This document shows positions 1 through 12,733 of a stretch of DNA of 64,000 nt, in pieces. Position 1 is the first letter of the stretch, and the number at the start of each line of letters is the position of its first letter. Source of the DNA: Octopus vulgaris (taxonomy: Eukaryota); NCBI GenBank assembly GCA_951406725.2, contig OX597816.1, forward strand, positions 66,154,001 through 66,218,000, given 5' to 3'. The notes below the pieces were generated by a model. That model made no database searches. It was not told the origin of the DNA and worked only from the letters and a program-made list of their open reading frames with translations. Both the position numbers and the translations under genes were made by a program.

Positions 1-588
1 TATGATGACATGTAGCGCTCATCTGAGATAACATTCTCAATTGGTTTGCTAGCCTTAAAACAATATAGAGCCTGTTAGTTATGTAAGCAGCTTTTTGAGT
101 AGAAAAGCTACAAAATGCATGGTAAAGCTCTAATATAAAAATGTAAGGTAGAGTAATACTGCTGTACTAAGTAATTTTAGACAGACAGACAGACACATAC
201 ACAGATGCACGCGCATGCATACATAGACATACACACCCTTTTTAGGGTCTCTATAGAATAGACCCAAAAATATCTCCTGCACCAAAAATCATATTTTTTT
301 TTCAGATGTCTGTGTTTTAAGCATCTATGATGCTTAAAACATTCTGCTAAAACAAAAACAAAAACAAAAAACAAAATTTGGTGGAGAGTGGGGGGGCCTT
401 TTATCTTTTTACCAACATTTTTCTCTCGTGACTTTCTTTTGAAAATTCTTTTCAGATTTATGTTTTAAACATCTCAGACAATGATTCTTCAAAAATAAGG
501 GTAACTTTTTAAAACATAAATCTGGAAAAAAATTTTGCTGAAAGTCAAAACTGAAAAAATTATAAGTGGGGGAGGATGAAAAATTCCT

Positions 589-688
<100 letters not shown>

Positions 689-1314
689 TAAAATAACATT
701 TTATCTCGAGTTTTAGAATCATAATCTATGGTGCTTAAAACATAGACATCCACCAAAATTATGGGTTTTGTTGCACTAGATCATTTCTAACTCTGTTCTA
801 TAAGAATGATATGCATATATATATAAGAGACCAAAGTATACGTACACTGCTATATTTTTATATATAAAAAATACAAAAATGGGGCAAGAACACAAAACAT
901 CCAGACAGACGATACAAAGAAAACAAGGACAGGTCATTCAGAGTTTACTTTCCTCAGTCAAGTTCCAGATCATCTTTGCAATTTTCAGCTAGTTATACTC
1001 CTTTTCTCACCCCACTTTAATTCTTCTATCCTTCTGCCTCTGCCTCTCTCTCTTCTCTCCCCATGTGACTGGTGTTCAGCCAAGCCTGACATTTCTTTCT
1101 TGGTTCAACTACCATCCATGCAACCTCTATATTCCTCTCTGTGCCTGTCAAATCTTATGTCCTTACTTCCACGCATGCCAGCTTAATTCATGTTCAAAGT
1201 TGTCGACAACCTTGAACATGAATAGTAAGTATTAAATATAATATTCTAAGACCTGGTTGAATTTATATTCTGATTTGATGAATTTATGGGGATTCCTGTC
1301 TCTAATGATACTTT

Positions 1315-1351
<37 letters not shown>

Positions 1352-1352
<1 letters not shown>

Positions 1353-1691
1353 TCGCTTTTGGATTTGGTTTGCAAGATTCTTTATATGAGTTCGTGTGTT
1401 GAAGCATATTCTGTTGTGTCTGGGGAGAGTCATTTTCTTTTTGTGCCTTATAATGTAACACACTCACCGGTAAAATTTCCACTTATTTCTCTTTTATTTT
1501 TATTTTCCTAAAAATTTCGTTGTGTCTCGCAACCTTTTCAGTAGTTTTGACAATTGAAAAACTATTGAAAAGGTTGTAAGATGCAACAAAAATTTTAGGA
1601 AAATAAAAATTTTAAAAAAAGTGGAAATTTTACCTGTGAGTGTGTTACATAATAAGGCACAAAAAGAAAATGACTCTCCCCAGACACAACA

Positions 1692-1692
<1 letters not shown>
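1352..1692. mobile_element. Palindromic short element (family C) between (TA)n runs
   Basis: Arms 1411-1548 and 1557-1692 are reverse complements; duplicated ORF starts at 1482(-) and 1621(+). Confidence 0.8.
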
Positions 1693-1729
<37 letters not shown>

Positions 1730-2229
1730 TTACATTTCTTTATCATATTTGTCATATAAATTACTATCCTCTCAATTTTCGTCAGTCTTCATTCATTTGT
1801 TTATACTGTGCTTTCAAGAGGCCTTTGTTTTAGAGCTGTCATGGGTCAACCTGCAGCCAACAGATGATATTCCATATAACATTTGTAAATAACATTTTGC
1901 TAAAATTTTGTCCAAATTTGTTAATTTGAGCAATTTCATTCCTTTCTCTACCTCATTCTCTTATACTTTGTCTTGATTAAAGTTTAAATTCTCTGTAATA
2001 TATGATATACTATGTACTACAAATGATGTATGTTAAATCATTTCTTTGGTGCTGCCCTAATTTATGGTGGATGATATCTGATAATGCTGTTGCCAGAAAA
2101 GAAGTTGCCTGTACATTTTTTTTGTTCAATACCAATAGTATTTATATCTGTATATTATTCTTATTTTTGAACATAATTATAAACAACTGATTCATTCTTC
2201 TCTAATTCTCCTCTATCTCATATAAGCAG

Positions 2230-2408
2230 AATGGTTTGTCTGGCATTTTTGAAAAGAGTTGTATTACATGATCTTGAATTCCAAAGCCTCATATTACCTA
2301 GCATGATATTTACCATTTACTTTAAAGTACTCGATACTCGGTTTGATGTGTTGGAAAAATGTCTTCATTCGTATAGCTACACACATTGTTATCTATCTGT
2401 TTTGAGTG
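2230..2408 (+). CDS. Internal exon of an unidentified plus-strand gene (MVCLAFLKRVVLHDLEFQ...CYLSVLS)
   Basis: Pyrimidine tract plus aagcag acceptor; G|gtaagt donor; open frame, phase 2/1. Confidence 0.7.
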
Positions 2409-3600
2409 GTAAGTACAACTAACAGATACTGATGTGATCAACAGAAGTGTCAATAGCTGTACCATCTCTGATTTATTTATTCCCTCTCATAATACTGTAC
2501 ATCTCTCACATTTTGAGAATCATCAAAATATTAGTGATTGTTTTTAGGCGGTTATGTAATTGAATATTTCCATACATTTTATAGAGTTAATATAGAATGA
2601 AAACTGTGAGTGGTTTAACAAGTTGAAAAAGGCTTCATGAGAGAGATGAGAGTTCGTGTGCTATCAGTGATACTGCGATGTGCTCTGAATATGAATAGTT
2701 AAAAATAGATTAGTGAAATTGCAGGGACTAATTAGCAGTTTGGTGGTTTAGAGGAAAGCAATATACCATGTTATCTAATTAACTGTGAAAATACTTGTTT
2801 TCGGGTGGATACTAGATAATCTTTGTGCTGCTTATCTACTGAAATGTATGGCAGTGGATTGTCATGATCAGTAGAGTGACGCACAAAATGGCTGGTGATA
2901 TTACATTCTAAACTCAGATGGTGCTGAGGTTGACTTTCAACTTTTTGGTATTGACAAAACTAGAACCAGTTGAGTACTGGTTTGAAATCTGAGGCCTTGT
3001 GCTTATGCTAGAATCCAAAGTATGCTAGAAAAATACTCAAGATACACTTTACGTTGTTTAATACTGATAGATAAAAAAACAAGTGTTTCATCTTGGGAAC
3101 ATATAAATGCAGGATTGAAAATGAAAGAAAATAAAGTTGAGAATGAACAAAAATAAACTTGGCTATTCTAAGTTATCCTGAGTAAGTAAATGCTTAAAAG
3201 TTGATTTATTATCAAATGCCATTATTATAGGTTTCTGCTCTCATTTCTCAACAGTGTCATTTAGTTAACTTATGAATATATTTTTTTCCATAAAGTAAAA
3301 CATTTCATATTAAAAATATACACATGAAGGTAATTCATAAACTTCTCTTTTGAATAATATTTTGAATAATATTTTCATTTACTAATTTGCAATAACTTTT
3401 TCACGTATCTTTTTTCTACAAGAAAGGTCTTATTTCCTATGAGCCAACCTTCATAAGTTAATTAAAGAATATTGTTGAAATATGAATGCAAAAATCTTTT
3501 ATAATCAAGCATTTACTCATTTGTTTAGTTTATTCAGGGTAGCTAAGTTTATTTTTGTATATTCTCATCCTTATTTTCTTTCTTTATCAATCCCACACAG

Positions 3601-3644
3601 ATGTCTCTAAGGTGAAAGATCACAAAAAAATAGAAGAAAAAAAT
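3601..3644 (+). CDS. Short internal exon of the same gene (DVSKVKDHKKIEEKN)
   Basis: Strong pyrimidine tract plus cacag; weaker AAT|gtaaat donor; phase 1/0 exactly bridges the flanking exons. Confidence 0.55.
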
Positions 3645-5469
3645 GTAAATGGACAACTCATTTATATAAGAATCACAATTTTTCTTTCATATTGTAGATG
3701 CTTGACATAGACTTTATAATCGGCTTGGCTGTGGGGTTACGATGCTTACTTTGCTACTATGCAGTTTCAGGTTGAATGCTATGTGACACTTTGAGCAAGT
3801 ATCTTCTATCATAGCCTTGGACCTACAAAATAAATTTGTTAGAACATGTTGTGTGGATGCTTGTCAAAGGGACCATTCCTTTTCTTGATCATTAGGCTTA
3901 ATCCCTCATCCAGTTTAACACCAATGCCTGGCCATTGTGTGATATTATTCCCCTATGTATCAAACATTCAGCCAAAGTCTCAGATTCAAGGATAACTTCC
4001 ACCCACTAGATCTCTCTGCCTATGTATCAGTCTGTCTTACTTTTTAAGGTTAGCTAAACAGATTAGCGTTACCTTAACAAATTGGTTATCAGATGATCAT
4101 ATTACACTTTTATGTAAATGATTAAAGGACCAGAGAGTTTATTAAGTCAATAAAGAACCCTATATGTGGTCACTCGACCTGCTAAAAACAGTGACTAAAT
4201 CTCCCTCAACTCACATCCTAATACCTTAAATAAGGAAGGACATATTGGATAAGTTAGTCCCAGTTTTTTTATTTTATTTTTTTCTTGATCCCTAGGACTC
4301 ATAAGGCCAGTTACCCAGTTTCCACAGTTTATAAGTGACCAAGATCACCACATTCATCCTGAACAGGGTCGCAGGGTCCTATTGCATCGTTCAATGCAGC
4401 AATTTTGAAGGGAGGGGACAAATCGATTGGTACCTTATTTCATGGACCCCAAAAGGATGAAAAGCAAAGTTAACCTCAATAGGAATTGAACTCTGAATGT
4501 AAAGAGCTAGAAAAAATGTTGCTAAGCATTTCATCCAATGTGCTAACAATTCTGCTAACTGCCTATCTTAGTTCTAGGTATACTATACCTGAATAAAAGA
4601 AAGTATTATCATAGTGTAAAGCCTTTTCATCATAAGTTTACCTGATTAAGAAATATTCACAGCTCTCTTATGAGCACCAACTGGAGACAGAAAAGAGAAG
4701 GTACTTGTAACACTGTGTAACAGGATTTTTGTCCTTTATTTCCTATTTATTTACCTCTAGAAAGTATGAAAAATGGTTGATATTTCCTTCAAACTTTGCT
4801 TTTGTTACATTCATTCCAAAGAATCCGTCTCAACACATGGCTATGATGCTCCCCCACTATTCAGAGATGCACATATAATCAGCCACTAAGGGACATGCTC
4901 AAGTGGTTAAGGTCAAACAACTGACAAGTTAATCTGTGGTATTGAGCAGAATATTTGCTATAATGATATTTCTGCTTCAGCAACTGAACTGTGAATCCAC
5001 CTGAAATGTAATGGAAAGTAAGTCAGTCAGTTTCAAAGCAAAGTTTGAAGAGAATAGCAGTCATTTCCTTTGATTTCTTGATAGAAGCAAATAGGAAATA
5101 ACATTTACTAACCAAGAATAAAACAAATTAAAATTTTTTTACACAGTATGATGATAAACTATCATCATCTCTTGACTACAACTTGAACTTGTTTGATGAT
5201 AGATGGAATACATACCTTGTTCCATCATCAATCTCCTAAGTCCATCAACAGTCAATCACTCCTGTCATCTATCAGAAGTTTCACCATAGCATTAGAATGA
5301 TGTCCACAGATTAGTTCCTAGATAATTTGAATGGTATTGACAATTGATTTGCACATAATATTTTAGTTTTGTCTTACATAATGTTCTTGTTTTTCAAACA
5401 TCAATAACTCATTATGAACAGCATGTTTTCTCACAGTAATTTTGATTTTCCTTTTTTTCTTTTCCACAG

Positions 5470-5580
5470 ACGGAAGGAGACAGATTACCAATTGGAAGAC
5501 CAGCGGCAGGAGCTTTGTATGAGAAGTCTGTTATAACAAGCAATGGTCGCCAATATCGCTTCTATTCAGTGGCGTTGTAG
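5470..5580 (+). CDS. Terminal coding exon of the same gene (TEGDRLPIGRPAAGALYEKSVITSNGRQYRFYSVAL*)
   Basis: Long T-tract plus ccacag acceptor; GC-richer coding-like sequence; TAG stop; downstream poly(A) signal. Confidence 0.72.
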   Translation, partial: TEGDRLPIGRPAAGALYEKSVITSNGRQYRFYSVAL

Positions 5581-6003
5581 ATAAGGTTTAGCTAAAGCTA
5601 GATATATATATATATATGTATGTATACTCTCATTTTTAAAATACTGCAACACTATTTCAAATGAGTGGCATAGAATGAATCCTTTTGACTCAAAAGGATA
5701 CAATTTCTGTTTCAGTCTGTTTCACTGATTATCTACTTTCTTTCTATAAAGAAGCTATACTTGTGATAACTTGCTAATTCAACCCATCACTGACTTCAGT
5801 ATTTGTTAACTAATGTTACAGATGTTATTTCTATTACATCAGCAGCAATAAAAACAATAATAATAATAATTAATAGTTATTATAATGATGATGATGGGCT
5901 ATGTAATGATCAAACTTTATATAATTTTTTTCTTAGAAATAGATCACAAAAATTAAGTGTAAAGTATCTAAAAACTTTCATTTAATTTACTGATGTAGAT
6001 ATG

Positions 6004-6009
6004 AATAAA
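6004..6009 (+). terminator. Putative polyadenylation signal of the plus-strand gene
   Basis: AATAAA followed ~25 nt later by a GT/T-rich element (gtttttgttgttttttt). Confidence 0.55.
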
Positions 6010-6149
6010 ATTTATTACAACACTAGGAAAGACGTTTTTGTTGTTTTTTTAATACCTTTCTACATATAAACTAGTGATGAGAAATCAATTGTGGAGCCAG
6101 CACTTTGTGCCTGCTGAGGCAAGATTTGGCCAGAAAAGATTTGAAAGTT

Positions 6150-7120
6150 TTCAAGAACAGACCAGCTAATCAGTTCTCATTGATGTCTAGAGATTCTCCA
6201 AGAACACCATCACTCTTCCCACCACTAGTTTTCTAGGGAAGGCTAAAATGGAAGTTCCAAAAACTGCAAGAGGAATGCGAGTGCCTGACAACATTCCAGA
6301 TACCAGCATCCAGTCTTGATCTTCACTTGACCCAAGACTGCAGTTCCACCAAAGAGACAGGCTGTGAAAATATATGCCTAATAAAGAATGAATAAAGGAT
6401 GAATATTCATCCTTTACTAAGTACATATTACTAACTAAGAATCTCGGTTGATGCCACAGCCTCCACACATGTCTGTGCATCAGCAGTTATTACATACTGA
6501 ACCCTCAGTATAAAGGATGTTGATGGCAGATGGACCACCTGCTCAGCAGATATAAACTAGAGCAAGGCACAACGATTAGGTGGTAATGTATAACAGAGGT
6601 AATATATAGGTTTACCAACTCTACCCCACCTTTTATAGTAGCTTCCTCTCAACCCATTTCTGAGTGAGACTACTTATCTTGGTCATTACCTCATCCCAGT
6701 TCCGATCCACCTGAAAGTCTGAAGTAAACCAGACCCAAGAAACTTAACCAGGCCATCCTTCCAGTACCCTACAATATGGACTTGCTACTTGTATGTTGCA
6801 CTGCATGCTTACTGAGTTATCAAGTGAAATATTTGTTCCTGTCTAAGTTTCATATTCCTTCAGCATGGTACCACTTAATTCAATTTCTATGGTGTCCAAT
6901 GTGCCAAAGCAGCTCTCCCACCTCCCATCCCAAACAGAATATCCATCAAACACTCCTGTTTCTGCAGCAATAATGACTTGAGAGCCAATGAATACAGAAG
7001 AGATGAAATTGACAGATCAAGCACATAGCTTTGATAGATGGTCATTACTCTAGTCACTGAGCAGATATTGTTCTGCCTTGAAGCACTCCACCCTCTGAAA
7101 ATGGGTCAAAAACTGGCCAC
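6150..7120 (-). mobile_element. Possible very old L1/Tx1-like LINE fragment
   Basis: Remnant VKFLG.W...QVDRNWDEV near 6690-6750; weak. Confidence 0.35.
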
Positions 7121-8294
7121 TTTGTGATTTTTATGTGTGTTGTTTTTTTGGGTTTTTTTTGTTGATGAGATGAAACCATTCTGAGTGATGCCTGTGTTCC
7201 ATTAGTTCTTTATTGTTCATATTTATGGAAGTGAAGTCCATAATGTTTCTTCGCAGTTGTTGCTTTTGGTTTGTAGGAATAACGGAATTTGCTGGTGTTT
7301 GTAATGCCGATTGTGTCTGTGATGATGGTAGCTGTGATGGTGGTGGTTGTGATGATGGTGTTGTTAGTATTGGTATTGTTGGGAATGGTGTTGGTGTGTC
7401 ATTGTTGGAAGGTGATTCTTGGGTCTGTTTGACCCTCCCAGCTTTTTTGGTCAGCATGTTTTCTCTTTACTTTTTTTCTAGTTTATTACATGCTGCCATT
7501 TGCAATCTTCCCCATAAACCTCACTACACAACATGTCTGAGTGGTCCCAAGTAGGGAGGGACATGGCCCATAGCCATTGACTTCTTGTTCTGTCGTTATT
7601 GCTTTTATTCGACAATGTAGTGCTAGTTTCAGATACTTTATTATCTCTCATTTATGAATGCAACTTTATCTTTTACTTGTTTCAGCCATTGGATTTAGCC
7701 ACGCTGGAGCACCACATTGAAGGGTTAAGTCTAACAAATTGACCCCACTACATATTTTTCAAAGTCTGCAACTTATTTTCTTGCAAAGCCACTAAGTTAC
7801 AGACACATAAACAAACCAAAAACCGTTGTTAAGCAGTAGAACAACAAACACATACACACATTTCTTCCACACTCAGCTGTATTGGCATGGGTGATTGGAT
7901 AATTTATAGAGTGACGTCCCTTGCATACGAATAGTTTATGCAGAGTGACCTCCCTTCAGTGCATATCTGAACCAGCTCACAAAACTTAGCTCCATCTTTT
8001 TATGCTGCGATTTTGAATTGTTAGATTCTTTATGTTTTGTGACACTTTAAATCTTCGAACGTTATCTAAATGAATCTATCTCTTGTCAGTTTTAAATTCA
8101 ACAAGTTTTACCTCATTATCTGCGCTTGTGCGAGGAGCAAACTGCTCGTAAACGAGACAGCTTTTTCACAAATACTTCGCTCAAATATATTCACCAGGAA
8201 ATTGGGTTTCTTAAATCCACACTACGAAGAGATTTTCCTGCCTCATCCGTGTGCAAGGTATTACTGAAGCCTGTAAGTATCTTTGGCCGCTGTT

Positions 8295-8610
8295 TTTGTT
8301 TTTGTTTTTGTGCCCGGTTCAGACGCTTTCGGAAATTCCCGATATAAATTTTCCGAGGCCTCTCCCCCACCCCTCTTTCGCGAGAGCGCATTTTTTTTGT
8401 CATATTCGTTTAGAGCAAGTTGTTTTACACATATTACACTATTTTTTTTTGTTTTGGTGCCCGGGTCAGCCCCTCAGACGCTTTCGGAACTTCCCGATGT
8501 GAATTTTCCGAGGCCTCTCCCCCACCCCCCTTTCGCGTGCGCGAATTTTTTTTTTCATATTCGTTCATAGGAAGTTGTTTTACACCTATTACACACATTT
8601 TTTTTTGATT
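8295..8610. repeat. Two-copy tandem duplication of a ~160-180-bp CpG-rich unit
   Basis: gtgcccgg..cagacgctttcggaa..cccgat..aattttccgaggcctctccccc occurs at ~8310 and ~8457. Confidence 0.85.
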
Positions 8611-8852
8611 TTCTGATATGCGTAACGCCCTATATTAACCCATGTTTTAACTGTTTTCCTTTTCCAAAATTGTTTATTTTTCAAAATAGTGCGTATTGCA
8701 TAATGGGGCAAAATTAGTAACTTTCTCGCTTTTTTCTCCCTTCCTGTTTAAAATTATTACATTGCAAGTATTGCATCATATTTCAGAGTAAAATTTGGTC
8801 AGTATAGTTGTTGAAGTTAAGAGAGTACGAAACGTAGCCAGGTGGCAGGTCC

Positions 8853-10175
8853 TTTTTTTTTTTTTTTTTTTTTTTCAAGAAAGTTTTCCTCATCTTCGAC
8901 CCGATTGTAATTGAGGTTGCTACTAAAATATTTGGATAATTTTTGGTGTTTAATAATCAATATTCTTTTCTCTGTTGGATTCCAAGTCAATTTTTCCCTA
9001 CACTACTGTCTAATTTGATAATTTTCAAGTTTCAAAAAATTATGGCTAAAATGGGGTAAAATGAGTAATGTATAATTACAATAATTTCTTCTCTTTAACT
9101 GCATGGTGAGTAAATATATGACGAAGAAAACACTCTAGCAGATACTATTGTATATTTTAGCAACAATAACATGTCTCAGTTGGAAGTAGTATCTCAATAA
9201 CATTTTTGGATAGCTTCTGATTATTATTTCTCTGCAGAAGAGTGCCATAAATGGCACTTGTGGTTGCATTTTGGGATTTTAAGGGTATTGTCGTCTTGTT
9301 TTGTTTGTTCATGAGATATTTTGCAACTGTCTCTTGTTATCGGATTGCAAAAGCATAACCTCCAAGATGTGATATCATGTAGTGGCCACATATCTGGAAG
9401 AGGTTACCCTTCGTGCCTTCACTTTACTTTTTTTTTATATTTACATGTACTCTTGCCTTATTAGTATTCTTTCTTTTTTTCATCTATTGTTGGGGGTGGG
9501 GCAAGATACCACAAGATTTCTGCAATGCTGTCATCATCACTTTGTACAAAAATATGGAGGAAAAGTCTGACTGCTCCAACTACAGAGGGTGTTATCTTGC
9601 CTCTACATTGCACGCAAAATCCTTGCCAGAGAACTCCTCAACAGACTAATTGCACCTAGAAAGTTACCCTCCCAGGCACACGTCCGGGCAAGGTTGTTTT
9701 ATGGAAGACAAGAGAACTCCTCAGCAATGTGACTTCAGAGCAAATAGGAGCACTGCTGACCATGGGATTGCACCTAGAAAACAGATCGTTGTTCTCAGAC
9801 AGTTCCAAGAGAAATGCAGAGAGCAGAACAAAGGATTTTACATCACCTTTGTTTATCTCACCAAAGTATTCAACACTATGATCAGAAAAGATCTATGACA
9901 AATATTTGAGGATCTTGGATTCCCCCACCAAATTCCTCAACATAGCCATCCAGTTGCATGAAAACTAGCTGTGCTGGGTCAGGTATAGCAATTACCTCTT
10001 CAAGCTCCTCTCCATTGGCAACAGTGTGAAGCAAAGCTGGGTCCTCATGACAATCCTATTCACCATTTTTACATGATGCTCCAGCAGGCCACTGAAAATC
10101 CTGACAACAAAGACAGCATCTACATCTGGTACCCGAGGAGCCTGCAAGCTCACATTAAAATGTTGAAAGACCTGT
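8853..10175 (+). repeat. Left arm of a ~1.32-kb inverted duplication
   Basis: Reverse complement of 12734-14052; identical 82-aa ORFs at 9650-9898(+) and 13011-13259(-). Confidence 0.95.
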
Positions 10176-10500
10176 GGGTTATTTTTTGCAGAAGCTGCTG
10201 CCTTTGTTGCTCACACAGAGACAGCCCTGCAATACCTCATCACCTCTCGCTTTGCATGAGCTAGCCAGTGCTTTTGCTTAGAAAGCAATTTAAAGAAAAC
10301 CAAAGTCCTCCATCAACTCACACTACAGTAGGAATACCACTCCCTCACAACATCACTGAGGAGACTGGACTTAAAACAGTCAACCAGTTCACCTATGTAG
10401 GGTACATCATTTCGTTAGATGTCAAAAGGAACAAGGATGTTAACAGACTGGCCAAAGCAAACCGTGCAAACACTATCCTCTCAGCAACAGCCTCTTTTGA
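9495..10500 (+). mobile_element. Decayed RTE-clade LINE reverse transcriptase fragment
   Basis: IPQDFCNAVIITLYKN..KSDCSNYRG, QCDFRANRSTAD, LRQFQEKCREQNK, VNQFTYVG..RLAKAN; contains frameshifts and SINE-tail inserts. Confidence 0.85.
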
Positions 10501-10684
10501 AGACATTTGTAGAATCAAGTTTGCAGACAAGAGATAGAAGAGGAAAAACAAGGAAATTACAACCAACTCTGACACATCTTCCTGTGCAGTCTCTGCAGTT
10601 ATGCTTGCCTCTCCTGAAATAAATTCATCAAGCATCAGCAAGCCTGTAACAAACATGGATATCCTACCTCTGTAAATCTTTCCT

Positions 10685-10887
10685 TTTTACTCTTTTACTC
10701 GTTTGACTGTGGCCATGCTGGAACACTGCCTTTAGTTGAGCAAATAGACCCCAGGACTTATTCTTTGGAAGCCTAGTACTTATTCTATTGGTCTTTTTTG
10801 CCAAAGCACTAAGTTACGGGGATGTAAACACACCAGCATCGGTTGTCAAGCGATGTTGGGGGGACAAACAGACGTACATATACACAC

Positions 10888-10945
<58 letters not shown>

Positions 10946-11110
10946 GAAAGGCTTCTTTCAGTTTCCGTCTACCAAATCCACTCACAAGGCCTTGGTCAAC
11001 CCGAGGCTATAGTAGAAGACACTTGCCCAAGGTGCCATGCTGTGGGACTGAACCTGGAACCATGTGGTGGGAGGGAAGCAAGCTACTTACCACACAGCCC
11101 CTGCTGCACC
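10685..11110 (-). mobile_element. tRNA-derived SINE with internal (TA)n (also 51228-51596)
   Basis: ggctgtgtggtaag A box, ggttcagtccc B box, ccttgggcaagtg core, (gagtaaaa)n tail. Confidence 0.8.
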
Positions 11111-11229
11111 TTTGCTCACAAAGCCAAGCCAAGATTCTTCCTTGAAAGAGGAAGCTAGTTTCCTACAAAGACACAAAATCTTCATTATCTGAATGGCAAC
11201 AATGATAATTGCTACATGTTGAATGTTAA

Positions 11230-11449
11230 CCCATTAGCATTTAAACCAGCTATACCTGGCCAAAATATTCTACCATTTTTTTTATGATCAGACTGGCCAT
11301 ATCTGGCCTCTCACACCAACCCTACAATATCAGTCTTAAAATTAAGTTATCTCTTCAAAATCTGAAAGCTACAACATGATACAGGATTAATATAAAGCAG
11401 TGAGAATAAAAAGCTTTACTTCTGACAGAATAATGTGAATGCTGAACGG
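11230..11449. mobile_element. Degenerate piggyBac-type MITE
   Basis: TTAA|CCCATTAGCATT ... AATGCTGAACGG|TTGA. Confidence 0.5.
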
Positions 11450-12733
11450 TTGAGGATGTTTTGCATATTTTTAGTGTTCCACTTGCAGATTCATCATCAT
11501 CATCGTTTAACGTCCGCTTTCCATTCTAGCATGGGTTGGGCGGTTTGACTGGGGTCTGGGAAGCCAGGAGGCTGCACCAGGCCCAGTCTGATCTGGCAGT
11601 GTTTCTACAGCTGGATGCCCTTCCTAACACCAACCACTCTGTGAGTGTAGTGGGTGCTTTTTACGTGCCACCGGTACAGGTGCCAGGCGAGGCTGGCGAT
11701 TATATCTGTAAAGTTTGTTAGCCTCTTTAGTTCTTTGCTGGAGCATCCCAGCAATTCCATATTGATTATTGGTATAAATGAAAAGAAAGTTACCATCAGT
11801 GTAATGGAGCCGCAGGTTTTGAAGCAATTATCCAGGTACATTCTCACTGATTTTGGAAGAGATGTCTACATCTATAAGATATAGATGTATGACTTTTATT
11901 TTCCGTTTTTTTTTTTCCATGATCCCTTTTGATCGGAACCCACCCACCCCTTTTTTTCCCCTTCTCTTCTTCCCAAAAAGAAAAGCTCTACTTTGTATTT
12001 TGTCCCTTCTGTGTTTAGCCCTGCGTGGCCAATAAAGAAATCTATTAGGTCTGTTATGCTTGAACCTAGTTGAAGTTTTGATAGGAATCTTTCACCAATA
12101 TTCCTTGTATATGTGTGTCTGACGATTATGTACTGTAATGCTATTTTCACATATTTTCTACAACTGTCAGTGATTTCCTGAAAACAATGATTCCTTTTTC
12201 TCTCCATTTACCTACCTTTCTTTCATTGTTTTCATCCATTTATCTTCCTGTCATTATATTCTTCTTGTCCTTCCATATTTGTATGTGTTTATCCATTTAT
12301 CTCTCTGTATTTCTATCTATTCTTTGTTTCTTCCCTTCCAACTCTGTCTTGTCACTCATTTTCTCTCAACTTGCTAATTACTCTTTCTTTCTCCCATTTA
12401 GTCTCACAAGGCCTTCTTCCTGTTTCTCATGCTACTCTTTTTATAAGTGGTCATTGAAATAGTTATTCACTTCTTTTCCAATTCTGGGTTTTTCTAATTC
12501 TTTTTTTACCCTCAACGATACATTATCTTTCCTACAAGCATTCCTTTGCACAACATGTCTTTATTTTGTCTCCAAGTCAAATGGCATTTTAGTGTTTATT
12601 CCATTTTGAATCTTGCCCTGTTCTCCTCACAACTCATCTTTATTTACCATTTGGTATACAGATCTTATTTTTTCTATTACTCTCCTTCTCATTCCCTCTC
12701 TCAAGATATTTATCCATTAAATCAAGATCCGTT

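Noticed and set aside
7131-7554. Overlapping 108/113-aa low-complexity ORFs
   Set aside because: Driven by GGT/GAT-type simple repeats next to a decayed LINE; no splice or domain support.
11654-11884. ORF containing MEPQV, the same residues that start human NBR1
   Set aside because: Wrong strand and position, no PB1 similarity beyond five residues, and it begins inside a repeat; coincidence.
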